Assembly (NCBI GenBank): GCA_905181645.1
Contig: CAJIYN010000001.1
Span: 696,691 to 760,690, forward strand
Length of the DNA stretch: 64,000 nt
Direction: 5' to 3'
Source: an uncultured SAR86 cluster bacterium
GTDB lineage: Bacteria > Pseudomonadota > Gammaproteobacteria > Magnimaribacterales > D2472
Positions 48,839 to 61,529 of the stretch are shown here, in pieces. The notes beneath the pieces are model-generated. The model worked only from the letters and a program-made list of their open reading frames with translations, had not been told where the DNA came from and did no database searches. Position numbers and translations under genes: made by a program. Within the stretch, counting starts at the first letter, position 1, and each line of letters opens with the position of its first letter.

Positions 48839-49759
48839 ATGAAGAATTACTTTGAAATATTCTCCCGTAAAAAAGCAAAACGAGTCCTGTCATTTGATGG
48901 AGGTGGAGTTCGAGCTATAGCTGGAGTAGTTTTCTTAAAACAGTTAGAAGTCGCAACCGGAAAATCTATTTTTGATTTATTTGATATGTTCATTGGAACT
49001 AGCGCTGGCGGAATGAATGCTCTACTAATTGCTGTTGAAAAAATGAACGCCAGTGAACTCCATGAATTTTGGTCAAGAGAAAATATTCTTTCTTCTATGT
49101 CAGCTTCATGGGAAAACAGAACTTCTTTTTTACATACCAGGCCTAAGTATGATGGTATCGGTAAAACTGATACCTTAAAAAAATATTTATCTGATGCATC
49201 AATGGGAGAAGCTCATAAACCCATTATGACTCTGAGCTACGATGTCGAAAATAGAAAACCTACACTTTTAAGTAGTATGAATACGCCAGAAATCAAAGCA
49301 GTAAGCGCAGCAATGGCAACTAGTGCAGCACCAATATATTACCCAACCTCTGAGCTTGAAGATGGAAGCTGGCATATTGATGGAGGAATAGTTTCAAACA
49401 ATCCTGCATTGATAGGTTATGCAGAGGCAATGAAATTATTTAAGACAGATAAAGTTAAAGTCTTAAGTATAGGCACCGGGATTGATAGAGAAAAAATTGA
49501 TGGCGCTGCTTCAAAAAAATGGGGCGCCCTTGGATGGCTCAAAAATGATGTTATTGGAATAATGCTTGAACAAAATATGGATCATGAAATTGCTATTGAT
49601 TTAATGAAAGAGAAGTATTTAAGGATTAATTCGCCTACTGAAAAAGTAAATAAAAAGCTTGATGATAGCTCTGAAATCAACCTCGAAAGAATCCATTTAA
49701 TGGGTATGGAATGGTGGTCTGAGTTTGGAGACTCAACTATTAAATTCGTTAATAATTAA
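48839..49759 (+). CDS. patatin-like phospholipase
   Basis: DGGGVR, GTSAG nucleophile motif, SAAP, DGG. Confidence 0.93.
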   Translation: MKNYFEIFSRKKAKRVLSFDGGGVRAIAGVVFLKQLEVATGKSIFDLFDMFIGTSAGGMNALLIAVEKMNASELHEFWSRENILSSMSASWENRTSFLHTRPKYDGIGKTDTLKKYLSDASMGEAHKPIMTLSYDVENRKPTLLSSMNTPEIKAVSAAMATSAAPIYYPTSELEDGSWHIDGGIVSNNPALIGYAEAMKLFKTDKVKVLSIGTGIDREKIDGAASKKWGALGWLKNDVIGIMLEQNMDHEIAIDLMKEKYLRINSPTEKVNKKLDDSSEINLERIHLMGMEWWSEFGDSTIKFVNN

Positions 49760-49821
49760 AAAAAGTTACTCAGACGAAGAAATGTAATGTAAAATGCATT
49801 TTTTTTTATAAATAGGAAATT

Positions 49822-50067
49822 ATGAATATATACGTTGGAAACCTTTCTTGGGGCATGAGCGACCAAGATCTTGAAAACCTTTTTGCAGAACACGGAACAG
49901 TTACTTCAGCAAAAATTATTACTGACAGAATGACTAACCGTTCTAGAGGTTTTGGCTTTGTTGAAATGAGTGAAGGTGCTGAAAAAGCAATTGAAGCTCT
50001 TAACGATTCCGAAATTGAAGGCAGAAAGTTGGTTGTTAACGAATCACGTCCTCGCGAATCTAGATAG
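49822..50067 (+). CDS. single-RRM RNA-binding protein
   Basis: RNP2 IYVGNL, RNP1 RGFGFVEM, KLVVNESRP. Confidence 0.95.
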   Translation: MNIYVGNLSWGMSDQDLENLFAEHGTVTSAKIITDRMTNRSRGFGFVEMSEGAEKAIEALNDSEIEGRKLVVNESRPRESR

Positions 50068-50098
50068 TCTCTCCTTTTAAATTTCTTATAACAAATTT

Positions 50099-50135
50099 TA
50101 CGTCTCTTACCTTTTAGGTAGGAGATGTATTATTT
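50099..50135 (+). terminator. hairpin downstream of the RRM gene
   Basis: TACGTCTCTTACCT-ttt-AGGTAGGAGATGTA followed by a T-rich tract. Confidence 0.65.
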
Positions 50136-50199
50136 TGTTTAAATTTTAAGGCAAATATTTGTGCGTAAGAAATGCGCACAATTATCCTCAGTAGTTTTT

Positions 50200-50275
50200 T
50201 TGCATTTATACCCAATTTTTAGATATAATTGCGTGCATATATAACTGACATCGATGTCATTAAATTATCGATGTA
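50200..50275 (+). promoter_or_regulatory. sigma70-like promoter with downstream palindromic operator
   Basis: TTGCAT 50200, 18-bp spacer, TATAAT 50224; perfect palindrome TGACATCGATGTCA 50246-50259; partial copy ATCGATGTAA at 50267. Confidence 0.7.
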
Positions 50276-50303
50276 ATCATTCTTTAATTAGAATAGAGGG
50301 GAA

Positions 50304-53282
50304 ATGATGAATTTTAATAGGTATTTACTTTCATTGCTTGTAATTTCATTTGCAAGTATCACTAATCATACTTTTGCTCAAGATGAAGCAGATGCTTCTA
50401 TTGAAGAGGTAATTGTTACAGCAACTAAACGTGAAACTAACTTAATGGAGACACCAATTGCTGTTTCTGTTGTATCTCAAGATCAATTGAATACACAAGG
50501 TATAGCAAGAATTTCAGATTTATCAAATCTAGTTCCTAATATGCAAGTCGGAACTTCTGCTGAAGATTCAGGAGTTAATATTGCTATTAGAGGTATCGGT
50601 TCTAATAACTATACTGAAATAGGCGATCCAACTGTTGCAGTTCATGTTGATGGAATGTATTCACCAAGACCTCAAGCAGCTTTAATGCTTGCCCATGATG
50701 TTCAAAGAATTGAAATAATAAGAGGACCTCAAGGAACTCTATTTGGAAGAAATAATACTACTGGGGCCATTCAGCTAGTCTATAACAAGCCTTCTGATGA
50801 TGGGTTTGTAAGCTGAGATTCCAGCGCGGGTGTTTTAAACAGTAATTGATGGTTTCATTAACATTATTATTTTTAGCATCGTCGAACATGGGCTGTAAAA
50901 AGAAGAAATCAAATTTCAAGTGAGTAAAGTCACTTGGCTGGTTACAACAGAGATGGAAAGATAGGTATTAATAGATCTGGTCCAGGTGGTCCAAATCAAA
51001 GCACAGAAACTTGGGCTGATGGCAGAGATGTTATGGCTGATGGAATAGCAAACGTTGACCAAAGAAGAGCTAAAGATGTTAAAGCAGCAGATGCATACGG
51101 TAATACAAACAATTGGGCTGGTAGATTAGGATTCTTATTTGCACCAGCAAATAATTTAGATCTTGAATGGTATGTTGCTTTAGATCATTTTCAAGATGAT
51201 GGTGCTGGTAGTATCTATTTAAAAGATTGTGAACAGGCTGAAATGTCTAGAGGAATGGCATATGACTTTTCATGTGATCAAGGTCCTGACGATCCTTTTC
51301 ATGCAGCTATTAATAACCCAGGTGAATTAGATTTTGGAATCACTAGTTTAAGATCTGAACTTAAATTCAGACCAATTTGAAGACGTTCTTGGAGAATTAA
51401 ACAAATATATGAGCAAGATAGATATCAAATTAATGATAATGATGGTGGTAATTTTGTAGATCCATCTCACCCTGCTTATGGTTTTAAAAGACAACACCCA
51501 GACTCAATGATGACTGGATGGTTTGCTCTTAGAGGGCATCATGATTGTGGCGGCATATATGGCTGTCAGTATGGTTGGGGCCCTAAAGTTGAAGGCTCAA
51601 ATGGAACAGGATTTAATGGTGATGCATATTTCCAAAATACTGCTTGGAGCATGGGTTATGATAATTGCCAAATGGGCTGGGGTGGATCAGTTGAAGCTTC
51701 ATATGCTTATGGATGTCAGTATTCAGTTTGGATGCAAGATTTTGATGCAGTTGCAGGAGCACTTGGTTTAGTTCCAGGTTCAGCAGCAGCTACTTTAGCT
51801 GCTAATGTTAGACCTATGTGGTTTGATGAGATGTCAAGAACAACACAGGAAATGAGTTCAAATGTTGTTGAATTCCAACTTAAATCAGATACAGATGATC
51901 AACTTCAATGGGTTGCTGGTGTTTTTTATATGGATGAAGATAACTCATCTAGATATGATGTTGAGCAGCCTTTTAATGGTGTAACTATGAGGCCTTTTGC
52001 AGCTTCTTACTATCAACCAAATAGAACAGTTGAATCAATGGCTATTTTCGGTCAAATGGATTATGCAGTTGATGATAGATTAAATATTACTTTTGGTTAC
52101 AGACATACTTGGGATGAAAAAGAAGATGTAGGCGGTAAAACTATAATCACTCATGGATATTGGACAAATCCAAATATGTATTGTGCTGATGCAAATGACT
52201 GTTTTTGGTTTGAAAGTTATGATTTCGTTGGTAATACACGTTTAGTTAGTGATGCAGGCGGAAATTTAACTTTTGTAGACTGGTCAGTTTATAACGGAGT
52301 TTATCAATCAGATGATCTTGGAATGAATGACGGTATTTATAATCCTAACTTCCTTGATATTCCAGCTAATGCAGACAATAGCTATGCAGCAGAATGGGAT
52401 GCAGGAACTTATAAATTAGGTTTTGACTATATTGTTAATGATGATCTATTTGTTTATGGTTCTGTAGCTACTGGTTTTAAAGCTGGTGGTTTCGGTGATA
52501 ATGTAGACAGAGGTGACGGTGTATTCATTAATTTCCCTTACGAACCTGAAGATAACACAACATTTGAATTAGGATTTAAAGCTTCCTTATTAGGTGGAGA
52601 TTTAAAACTTCTAGGTAATGCTTTTGTTTCTCAATATGAAAACATGCAAAGAACTATGTTTGGTTTTGTTGGTTACGATGAGCAAAATGGAAATGCAATT
52701 TACACATTAATGACCAAGAATCTTGAGGAAACAACAATTCAAGGTCTTGAATTAGAGTTTGATTGGAATGCTTGGGACAATGGAAGAGTTTATGGTTGGG
52801 TAGCAGCATTAGATGCACCTCAACCTGGCGGCTCAGAAGATTTTGCCGATGGTTATCTTTGTCTTGAAAGAGCTTTATTAGGTCAAGATCCTTGTGCAGC
52901 AGCTGGCGATCATAATCTTGATGGTAAGAACTTAATGTGGTCTCCTGAAGTATCAGCAACGGTAACTATTGAGCATACTTTCTATCCAGCATCTGGATGG
53001 TTTGTTAGACCTAATCTAAGTATTAGTCATACTGGAGAAATGTTCTTTAATGAAACTAACTATGCTGTAGCTCCTTTCCATAGTGGACAAGAGGCTACAA
53101 CTACTGCAAATGCTGCAGTAACTCTTGTAAATGAAACTGAAGCATGGGGTCTTGAGTTCTATGTATTTAATTTAACTGATGAGTTAATTAAAACAGATTC
53201 TTTTGCAGGCAATGCTGGTTATGTTAGAGCTATGTATGCTCCACCAAGAGCATTTGGATTTAGATTCCAAACTGCAATCTGA
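50304..53282 (+). CDS. TonB-dependent receptor (frameshifted into three ORFs)
   Basis: IEEVIVTATKRE TonB-box region, IRGIG, RIEIIRGPQGTLFGRN plug, ATGFKAGGF, FNLTDE, PRAFGFRF. Confidence 0.95.
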
Positions 53283-53297
53283 AATAATTAGAATATT

Positions 53298-53329
53298 AAA
53301 AAGAGGGTTTTTTTAACCCTCTTTTTTTT
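53298..53329 (+). terminator. intrinsic terminator after the TonB receptor
   Basis: AAAAAGAGGGTT-loop-AACCCTCTTTTTTTT. Confidence 0.85.
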
Positions 53330-53361
53330 GGTTTAATACTTTTAATGGTAATATTAGGACC

Positions 53362-55334
53362 ATGAAATCTATAACAAAACCAATCTTAACTCTTTGTGTA
53401 TTATGTATTGTTGCAGCTTGCGGCGGCGGTGGCGGCGGTTCTGGTTTTCAATAACTGCTAACTCTCAAAGTTTTTCTACAGATGAAGACGCTATCTATAT
53501 CGGGAATTTAACAGCATCAATTTCAAGTGCTTCAAGTGTTACTTTTCAAAATATTTCAGGCCCAAGTTATGGAGCAATTAATTTAAATCCTGATGGAGGC
53601 TTCTCATACACCCCTCAAGCAGAGTTTAGTGGGAGTGACTCATTCCAATTTACGGCGACTGCAGTAGAGAATTCAACTGTATCGAGCCCAGGAACAGTTT
53701 CAATTACTATTAATGATGTTAATGATTCTCCTGTTGTTCAACTTACCAATGTGCCTCAAGCATGGGCGGGAATGTCAGATATATTAATGCCTGAAAACTC
53801 CACTTTTGAATTTACGGTAAATGATCCAGACAATGATCCTGCAGAATTAAGATGGATGATGAATCACAAAGCAACTGCTATAGTTACAATTTCTGAAAAT
53901 GGCGCTAATATGATTACTCTTGATTTTACTGATGTAACCAGTGCTGGTTTTAAAGAAGTTACTATTATTGCTAATGATGGTAACTCTTCAGGTGAATCGT
54001 CATTTACTGCCATTATTCCTTCAAATATCGTAGTCACTGAAAAGTACAAAACTTATGTAGTCAGCGGAACAAAAAGACAAAATCAACAGCCTGGAACGAA
54101 TTACTTAATTGTGGCTGATTCGGTTACAGATATAGAGGACTTTAGAAATAGACTTGGTCAAACTGCTTACAATCTAATTGAAAGAATAAATGAAGGAGGT
54201 TTTGTAGAAGAGTATTTTAATATTCTTGCGGTTGAGCCCTTGCTTTTAGACGGAACTGATTCTTTTGTTGGCTTGTATACAGGTTGTTTAGATTGGGATA
54301 CTTCAATATATTGTTGGGATTGGGATGTGCTTGATGCTAATGTGACTGCAGCTTTTCCAGATGGACCTTTGCCTGATACCATTTCTATTCTTGCTGGTTT
54401 TAATGGAAGGGGAGTAGCAAGGGGGTATGTAAATGCTCAACCTCTAGGCGGCTCAACATCTTATATTGCTATGCATGAGCTTGGTCATAGTCATGCTAAT
54501 CTTGGTGATGAATATATAACAAGTGATGACAGAGGTTTTGATATGAGTATTTATGCTGATTCGTCACCTAATACAACTACAATCAATGATCCTTATAATG
54601 TTAAATGGTCTCATTGGATTCAAGATAAAACTAATGTACCTGGCTATACAGAGGGAGCTTCTAGCAGTGGTGTGGGCTTATTTACAGGAACATATTATTC
54701 TTCAGATGCATCATGGAGGCCTGAGGACTATAACGTAATGTATGGAGGAGACTACAATGGAAGTTGGGGAGTGCCTGAAAACTTTATCTCTCAATACGGC
54801 CCCATTAATACTGAAGCTTTTATTATTCAAACCATTGCCAATCAATGTTTTAAACAATATGACAATTATGATAATTGTCCTAATGTTTGGGGCAGCATTT
54901 ATTTAGTAAATAGTGATGGAGTTGAAACTGGTTTAGATCGTCTTCAACAAGACTCAGGTTATACATCTATTAAGTACAATCTAGGTGTTGAATTTAATAC
55001 AAATAATATTCAACTTAATTGGTATATTAATGGAGTACTTCAAGAAGACCTTGTAAATCAAACTGAAGTTATTTTTACCAAGCCTGAAAATGGTGGAGTT
55101 ATGGAGTATTCATATAAAGCAGTTGATACTTTAGGCTTTATGACAGCTCCTGATGACATACTTTTAGACTCAGATAATTATGAAGGTTTCTTTAACAGTG
55201 AATATTATTGGAATACATCTATAGACTGGTCTGGTAGCTATGAAGCAAATCCAACAAATAAATCTGATTATGCTATAGGTTATATAGATGGAACTACTGG
55301 CGGCACGATTGGAATCAACTGGAGTAATTTATGA
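53362..55334 (+). CDS. lipoprotein with Ig/cadherin-like domains and M64-family zinc peptidase domain (5' frameshift)
   Basis: MKSITKPILTLCVLCIVAA-CGGGGGGSG lipobox; DGGFSYTP..FSGSDSF..DVNDSP; HELGHSHANLGDEY; VKWSHWI; GVGLF. Confidence 0.82.
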
Positions 55335-55813
55335 TAATTCTCAAACAAATTTTTCTAGCATCACTTATTGCTGTGCCAACTTTCATTATGGCTGCAGATG
55401 ACCTTATTCCAGGCAAACATCAAATCTTAAAAGATACCAAAGTAACTATTAATGATAATAAATTTCATCAGGTAAAGCTTTTCATGAAGGATGGAGTTTT
55501 TGAATTTAAATCAGTTGAATACTGGTATGTTGAATAAAGCTATCGCTTTAAAAAAGATCCTATAGAAATAGAAACTTATGAAGCTGTATTCTTAGATTCT
55601 GAGGGTAAACAGCTTTATCAAGTTAATATCGGTAATCCGTTATTAGTTAAAGCTCAACATATAGGGTTTGAAGATAGTGAATTTTTCTATGGTTATGATA
55701 ATCAAGCTAGCTTTTATATACCTTTTCCAAAGAATATTGAGCCTGCTTCAGTGGTCATTTATAAAGATTTTTTAAATACAAAAGAGAAACTGCAAAAAAT
55801 TTTTATTAATTAA
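55331..55813 (+). CDS. hypothetical secreted protein translationally coupled to the peptidase (frameshifted)
   Basis: ATGA overlap; signal peptide; continues ..FLDSEGKQLYQVNIGNPL..FYIPFP.. to TAA at 55813. Confidence 0.65.
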
Positions 55814-55898
55814 TTTTCTTTAGAGATATCTTAACTTTACCTTGGGTTTTTAATAATAGATAATACTGCTCCAGACCTTATCAAATAAGGTTAATAAT

Positions 55899-55974
55899 GC
55901 GGGAATAGCTCAGCTGGTAGAGCGCAACCTTGCCAAGGTTGAGGTCGCGAGTTCGAACCTCGTTTCCCGCTCCA
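55899..55974 (+). tRNA. tRNA-Gly(GCC)
   Basis: 76 nt GCGGGAATAGCTCAG..CAACC-TT-GCC-AA-GGTTG..TTCGAA..TTCCCGCTCCA. Confidence 0.97.
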
Positions 55975-56021
55975 ATTTATATACTTTGACTGGATAAAAA
56001 TTTCTATTTACTATCAAGTCT

Positions 56022-57353
56022 ATGAATAAAATCTAAGCATTTTTTTAATTTCACTAACTCTTCTAGCCTATGGTGACGAAGATCCATTTAATGCATTTAT
56101 TAATATAGATAATACCAATTTGGACTCAAAGATAAATATAGGTATTAAAGACAATATAGATGTAAAGGGTATGATCACATCTGCAGGCTCATTGGCTCTA
56201 TCTAATAACTATCCTAGTAAAGATGCTTTTTTAATTTCTAAATTAAATTTCATTATATTACCATATCTATGGAAAAACAAATTTATCAGAATGGGCTAAT
56301 TTTAGATCATTCAATTCGGTAAGTGGCTGGTCAAGTTTTGGAGGTCAAACTATTAATCCTTATGGAAAAAATAGAAATCCTTGTGGCTCAAGCTCAGGCT
56401 CAGCTGTTGCAGTTGCTTCAGGAATTGTAGATATTGCTATTGGAACTGAAACAAATGGATCAATATCTTGCCCAGCCTCAGTAAATGGAATTGTTGGGAT
56501 GAAGCCATCCGTTGGCTTGGTTAGCAGAAGTGGCATAGTGCCAATCTCCTCAACTCAAGATACTGCAGGCCCTATGGGTAAGACGGTTATGATTGTAGCT
56601 CAGACACTGGAAGCTATGGCTGGGAAAGATCCACTAGATGATTCCACCCAAAATATACCGAATAATTTTGATTTTAATTTTATTATACGAAATAAGAAAA
56701 ACTCTTTAAAAAATAAACGCTTTGGATTATTAGACTCAGGATCAGATGATGAAGAGGGCCAAAAACTTTTAAATAAAATAACTAAAGTTATTACATCTCG
56801 TGGTGGTGATGTTGTTGAAATACAAGATACAAGAGTCTATCCAGGTGAAGAGGAGTTTTTCTTATTATTATATGAATTTGAAAGAGACTTAAAACTTTAT
56901 CTAGGTAATTCCGAATATCAGTCCCTTGGCGAATTAATCGCATTTAATAATTCAAATGCAGGCTCTGTTATGCCTTATTTTAAACAAGAAATATTTGAAG
57001 CCAGTATTGAGGCCTCTTTAGATGACGATAAATACAAAGCAGTTCTAGTTACTCTTGAAACGGTTAAGGGAGATTTTGATAGATTACTCGATAAATATAA
57101 TTTAGATGCATTTGTTGGCCTTACCCGCAATCCAGCATGGCTTATTGACTATAAAAACGGAGACGGTGGAGCTATGGAAGGGCAGAGAAGTTGGGGTAAT
57201 GGAGGCTTTGCTGCTATAGCAGGTTATCCTCATATCACTTTGCCTTTAGATAAAGTTGAAGGTTTGCCTGTTGGAGTTTCATTTATAGGGACCAAATGGT
57301 CTGATAAATCATTGCTTGAATATGCAGCTTCTTTTGAAAGGGCAAATAGATAG
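56022..57353 (+). CDS. amidase signature family protein (frameshifted)
   Basis: IKDNID, GKTNLSEWANFRS, PCGSSSGSAVAVA, GTETNGSISCPA. Confidence 0.92.
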
Positions 57354-57354
57354 T

Positions 57355-58929
57355 TTATTTATCTTTTAAAATTTCTCTAGCAGCATTCTTTCCAGGAAGA
57401 CCAGTAACACCTCCACCCGGATGAGTACCTGCTCCACACATATATAAAGATTTAAGAGGCCCTCTATAGTCTCCATAGTTTAAAAGAGGTCTCGCAGCCC
57501 ACATTTGATCTAAAGTCATATGACCATGCATGATATCTCCTCCAATAAGACCAAATTTTTCTTCTAAATCAAGTGGAGATAAAATCATAGTTCCTTCAAT
57601 AGAGTTCCTGAAATTTGGAGCATATGCATTTACAGTATCAATAATACATTCAGCGGCATCAAGGCGAGCATCATGCCAAGAAACACCATTTTTTAATGTA
57701 GGAGAGAATTGTTGACAAAATAATGAAGCAACATGCTTACCTGCTGGCGCCAAGCTATTATCTAAAGTTGAAGGTATAAGCATTTCAACAATTGGCTGTT
57801 TAGACCATCCGTAATTTTTAGCATCAATATAAGCTTGATCCATATAATCCAAGGTTGGAGCTATCACTATTCCTGATTGATGATGCTCTGCAACATCTTT
57901 GCCAGGCAGTGATGTAAAGTCTGGAAGTTCTGATAAAGCAACATTCATCCTAAAAGTACCTGAGCCTGATTTATAACCATCCATGCTTCTATTAAATTCT
58001 TCATCTAAATCACTTTGATCAATTAATTTTTTATATAAAAGAGTTGGGTTTAGATTAGATACAACTTTTGATGCATTAATAACATCACCATTCTCTAATT
58101 GAATACCTGTAACTCTTTTATTATCAACCATAACTTTTTTAACCGGAGCATTAGTGGTTATCTTCACACCAACATCCACACATGCTTGTTGCATAGCTTG
58201 AGTGATAGCACCCATTCCACCTATAGCATGACCCCATGCTCCTTTTTCACCATCAACTTCACCAAAAACATGATGAAGTAGCACATAAGCAGAGCCTGGA
58301 GTATCAGGACTAGCATAGTTACCAACAATGGCATCAAAACCAAAAGCTGCTTTAATATGCTCGTTTTCAAACCATGAATCTAAGAAAGATCGAGCACTTT
58401 TTGTAAAAAGATCATAAACATCTCGGTGGACCTGATTACCTTTTTTTACAATTGGCCAAGCTTGTAACGCTGCACCCATAAGAGCCTTAATGCCCTGTTT
58501 TGGATTTGGGGGAGTTTTAATTGATAGGTCCCTAAGAACATCTGCTACCGCCTCAATGCGGTCATAGTAATCTGGAAGCCTGTTAGCATCTCTTTCTGAA
58601 AACTTTCTAAACTCAGCTTGAGTTTTTTCAAGACCACCACCCAATTTTAAATATTTACAGATTCTGCAAAAAACCAAAAATCAATATTACTATTTGAAAA
58701 TATTCCTTTAATTTCATATCGACTTCTATCGGTTTGATTTGGCAGTCTAACTTGCTACTGAGTTTCTAAAACCTGGATGGAATTCTTCTGTAACAGCAGC
58801 GCCACCAACAATATGTCTACGTTCAAAGATATGAACATTTAGTCCAGCCTTAGCAAGATAATAAGCACATACGAGCCCGTTATGACCTGCACCGATAATC
58901 AAAGCATCAATATTTTTCTTATGAATCAT
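57355..58929 (-). CDS. phytoene desaturase-like FAD oxidoreductase (frameshifted)
   Basis: [52 protein letters not shown]. Confidence 0.9.
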
Positions 58930-59009
58930 ATAATAATTATAAATTATTTAATGGGGATTTAATCAGTTCAAATGTTTTATAGACTTACTAGCTTGTATAT
59001 AATTCTGTT

Positions 59010-61236
59010 ATGAATATTTTTACAAAACTTGTCTCATTATTCGAAACAGAAATGGTTCCAAATCCTATAGATGATTCAGCGAGAGTTAAATATGGCAATC
59101 TTCATGTTTCAAAAGAACTTGATAATTTTTTAAGAGAAGAGCTGGCTCCCGGTATTAATATTCAGCCTAGTCTTTTTTGGAAATCGCTTGAATCAATTTT
59201 AGATACTTTTGGTCCTAAAAATCTTGAACTCTTGGCGAAAAGAGAGTCTTTACAGAAACAAATTGATAATTGGCATTTAGAAAGAAAAGGCCAAGAGCAT
59301 AATGCACCTGAATATAAGAACTTTCTTAAAGAAATAGGTTATTTACTTGAAGAGGGTGACGATTTTTCTATTGAAACCTCTGATGTGGATGCGGAAATAA
59401 AGACTATTGCAGGTCCTCAGTTAGTTGTTCCTGTTATGAATGCAAGATTTGCATTAAATGCTGCAAATGCAAGATGGGGTAGCTTTATATGATGCTTTAT
59501 ATGGAACAAATGTGATTTCAGAAGAAGATGGAGCTGAAAGAGCAGGAGGTTACAACCCAGCAAGAGGAAGTAAAGTTATCGCCTTTGCTAAAAACTTTTT
59601 AAATGAAACTGTGCCCCTTAAGAATGGATCATATGAAGATGCAATTAGCTTTATGATTTTAGGTGAAAGTCTTCAAGTTGAATTATCTGATGGTACTCGA
59701 ACAGAATTAAAAGATACCAATCAATATATAGGTTATGCAGGAGAATAACAATCCTAGTGGCATTTTATTAAAAAATAATAATCTACATTTAGAAATTCAA
59801 ATTGATAAAGATCACAATATAGGAATGGATGATCTAGCAGGTATCAAGGATGTATTGGTAGAGTCTGCTATTACTACTATTCAAGATTGTGAGGATTCAG
59901 TAGCAGCTGTAGATGCAGCTGATAAAGTTATTGTTTATAGAAACTGGTTAGGTCTTATGAAAGGTGATTTAAAAGAAACCTTTATGAAGGGTGATTCTGA
60001 GATGACTCGATCACTTAATCCTGATAGAACCTTCACCTCAAAAGACAATAAAAAATTAAATCTACCAGGAAGAAGTTTAATGCTAGTTAGGAATGTAGGT
60101 CACCTCATGACTAATCCAGCAGTACTTGACAAAGATGGTAATGAAATTCCTGAAGGAATTCTTGATGCTATGTTTACTATTTGTATATCTAAACATGATC
60201 TAGAGAGAACTGGTAATTATTCTAATTCACGAAAAGGCAGCATTTATATAGTTAAGCCAAAGATGCATGGACCTAAGGAAGTTAAATTTACTTGCGACCT
60301 GTTTGCAGCAGTTGAAAAAGAATTAAGTATCAAGCCTCTCAGCTGCCAAAGTTGGAATTATGGATGAGGAGAGGAGGACTACTGTAAACCTTAAAGAATG
60401 TATTAGGATAGCCAAGGATAGAGTTATTTTTATCAATACTGGATTCTTAGATAGAACTGGAGATGAGATACATACAAGCATGGAAGCAGGCCCTATGCTT
60501 TTAAGGCCGATCTAAAAGCTATGCCTTGGATTTCTGCTTATGAAGACTGGAATGTTGATACTGGTCTTGAGACTGGATCTCAAAGGTAGGGCTCAAATAG
60601 GCAAGGGTATGTGGGCGATGCCAGATGAAATGTTAGAAATGTATAACACTAAAGCAATGCATTTAAAAGCAGGAGCTAATTGTGCATGGGTTCCTTCACC
60701 AACTGCTGCATCACTTCATGTTATTCATTATCATCAAATACTTGTTTCAAGCGAACAAGAATCAATTGCTTTAAGACCTAAAGCTAGTCTCGATGATATT
60801 CTTACTATCCCTGTTATGACTGATCCTGAGAGTCTATCAACAGAAGATATTCAAAAAGAATTAGATAATAATGCCCAAGGCATTCTGGGCTATGTTGTTA
60901 GATGGATCGATAGCGGCGTTGGTTGCTCAAAAGTTCCAGATATAAATAATGTTGGATTAATGGAAGACAGAGCTACGTGTAGAATATCAAGCCAACATAT
61001 TGCTAATTGGTTGCATCATGATTTATGTTACAAATGCCCCACCTAAGACAATGAAAAAAATGGCAATTATTGTCGATAAACAAAATGCTGGCGATCTTGA
61101 TTATCATAATATGTCACCAGATTATAATAGCGTTGCATTTGTAGCAGCTTGCTCCTTAGCATTAGAAGGAAGGAATCAGCCAAGTGGCTATACAGAGCCC
61201 ATCCTGCATTCAAAAAGATTAGAGTTTAAAAGCTAG
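59010..61236 (+). CDS. glcB: malate synthase G (frameshifted)
   Basis: [57 protein letters not shown]. Confidence 0.96.
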
Positions 61237-61237
61237 T

Positions 61238-61525
61238 ATGAAAGGATATTGGATTGCAAGATGCCATATTACCAATGGAGATGAATATTCAAAATATGCA
61301 GCTTTAGCAGGACCTATCATTGAAAGTTATGGCGGCAAGTTTTTAGTAAGAGGAGGAAATCAAATAGAGGTTGAAGGAGGCTTATTTGAAAGAACGGTTC
61401 TTGTAGAATTTGAAAGTTTTACTGCAGCTAAGAACTGTTATGAATCAGATGCCTATCAAGCAACATATACAAATCATGTTACTGGTTCTGCAATAAGATA
61501 TGTTGTTTTGGTGGAAGGGGTTTAA
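61238..61525 (+). CDS. DUF1330 family protein
   Basis: GYWIA, YGGKFLVRGG, RTVLVEFES, YESDAYQ. Confidence 0.88.
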   Translation: MKGYWIARCHITNGDEYSKYAALAGPIIESYGGKFLVRGGNQIEVEGGLFERTVLVEFESFTAAKNCYESDAYQATYTNHVTGSAIRYVVLVEGV

Positions 61526-61529
61526 TAAT

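Noticed and set aside
48839-49759. Patatin as CBASS CapV effector
   Set aside because: No CD-NTase or Cap2/Cap3 nearby; a lipid-catabolic patatin is the simpler reading.
55975-56020. Integrated element at tRNA-Gly
   Set aside because: No integrase, att duplication or arm-like repeats are seen; an ordinary metabolic gene follows.
57355-58929. crtI / retinal pathway gene
   Set aside because: Motifs fit the broad PYROXD2-like oxidoreductases, and no crtB, crtY, blh or rhodopsin gene is adjacent.
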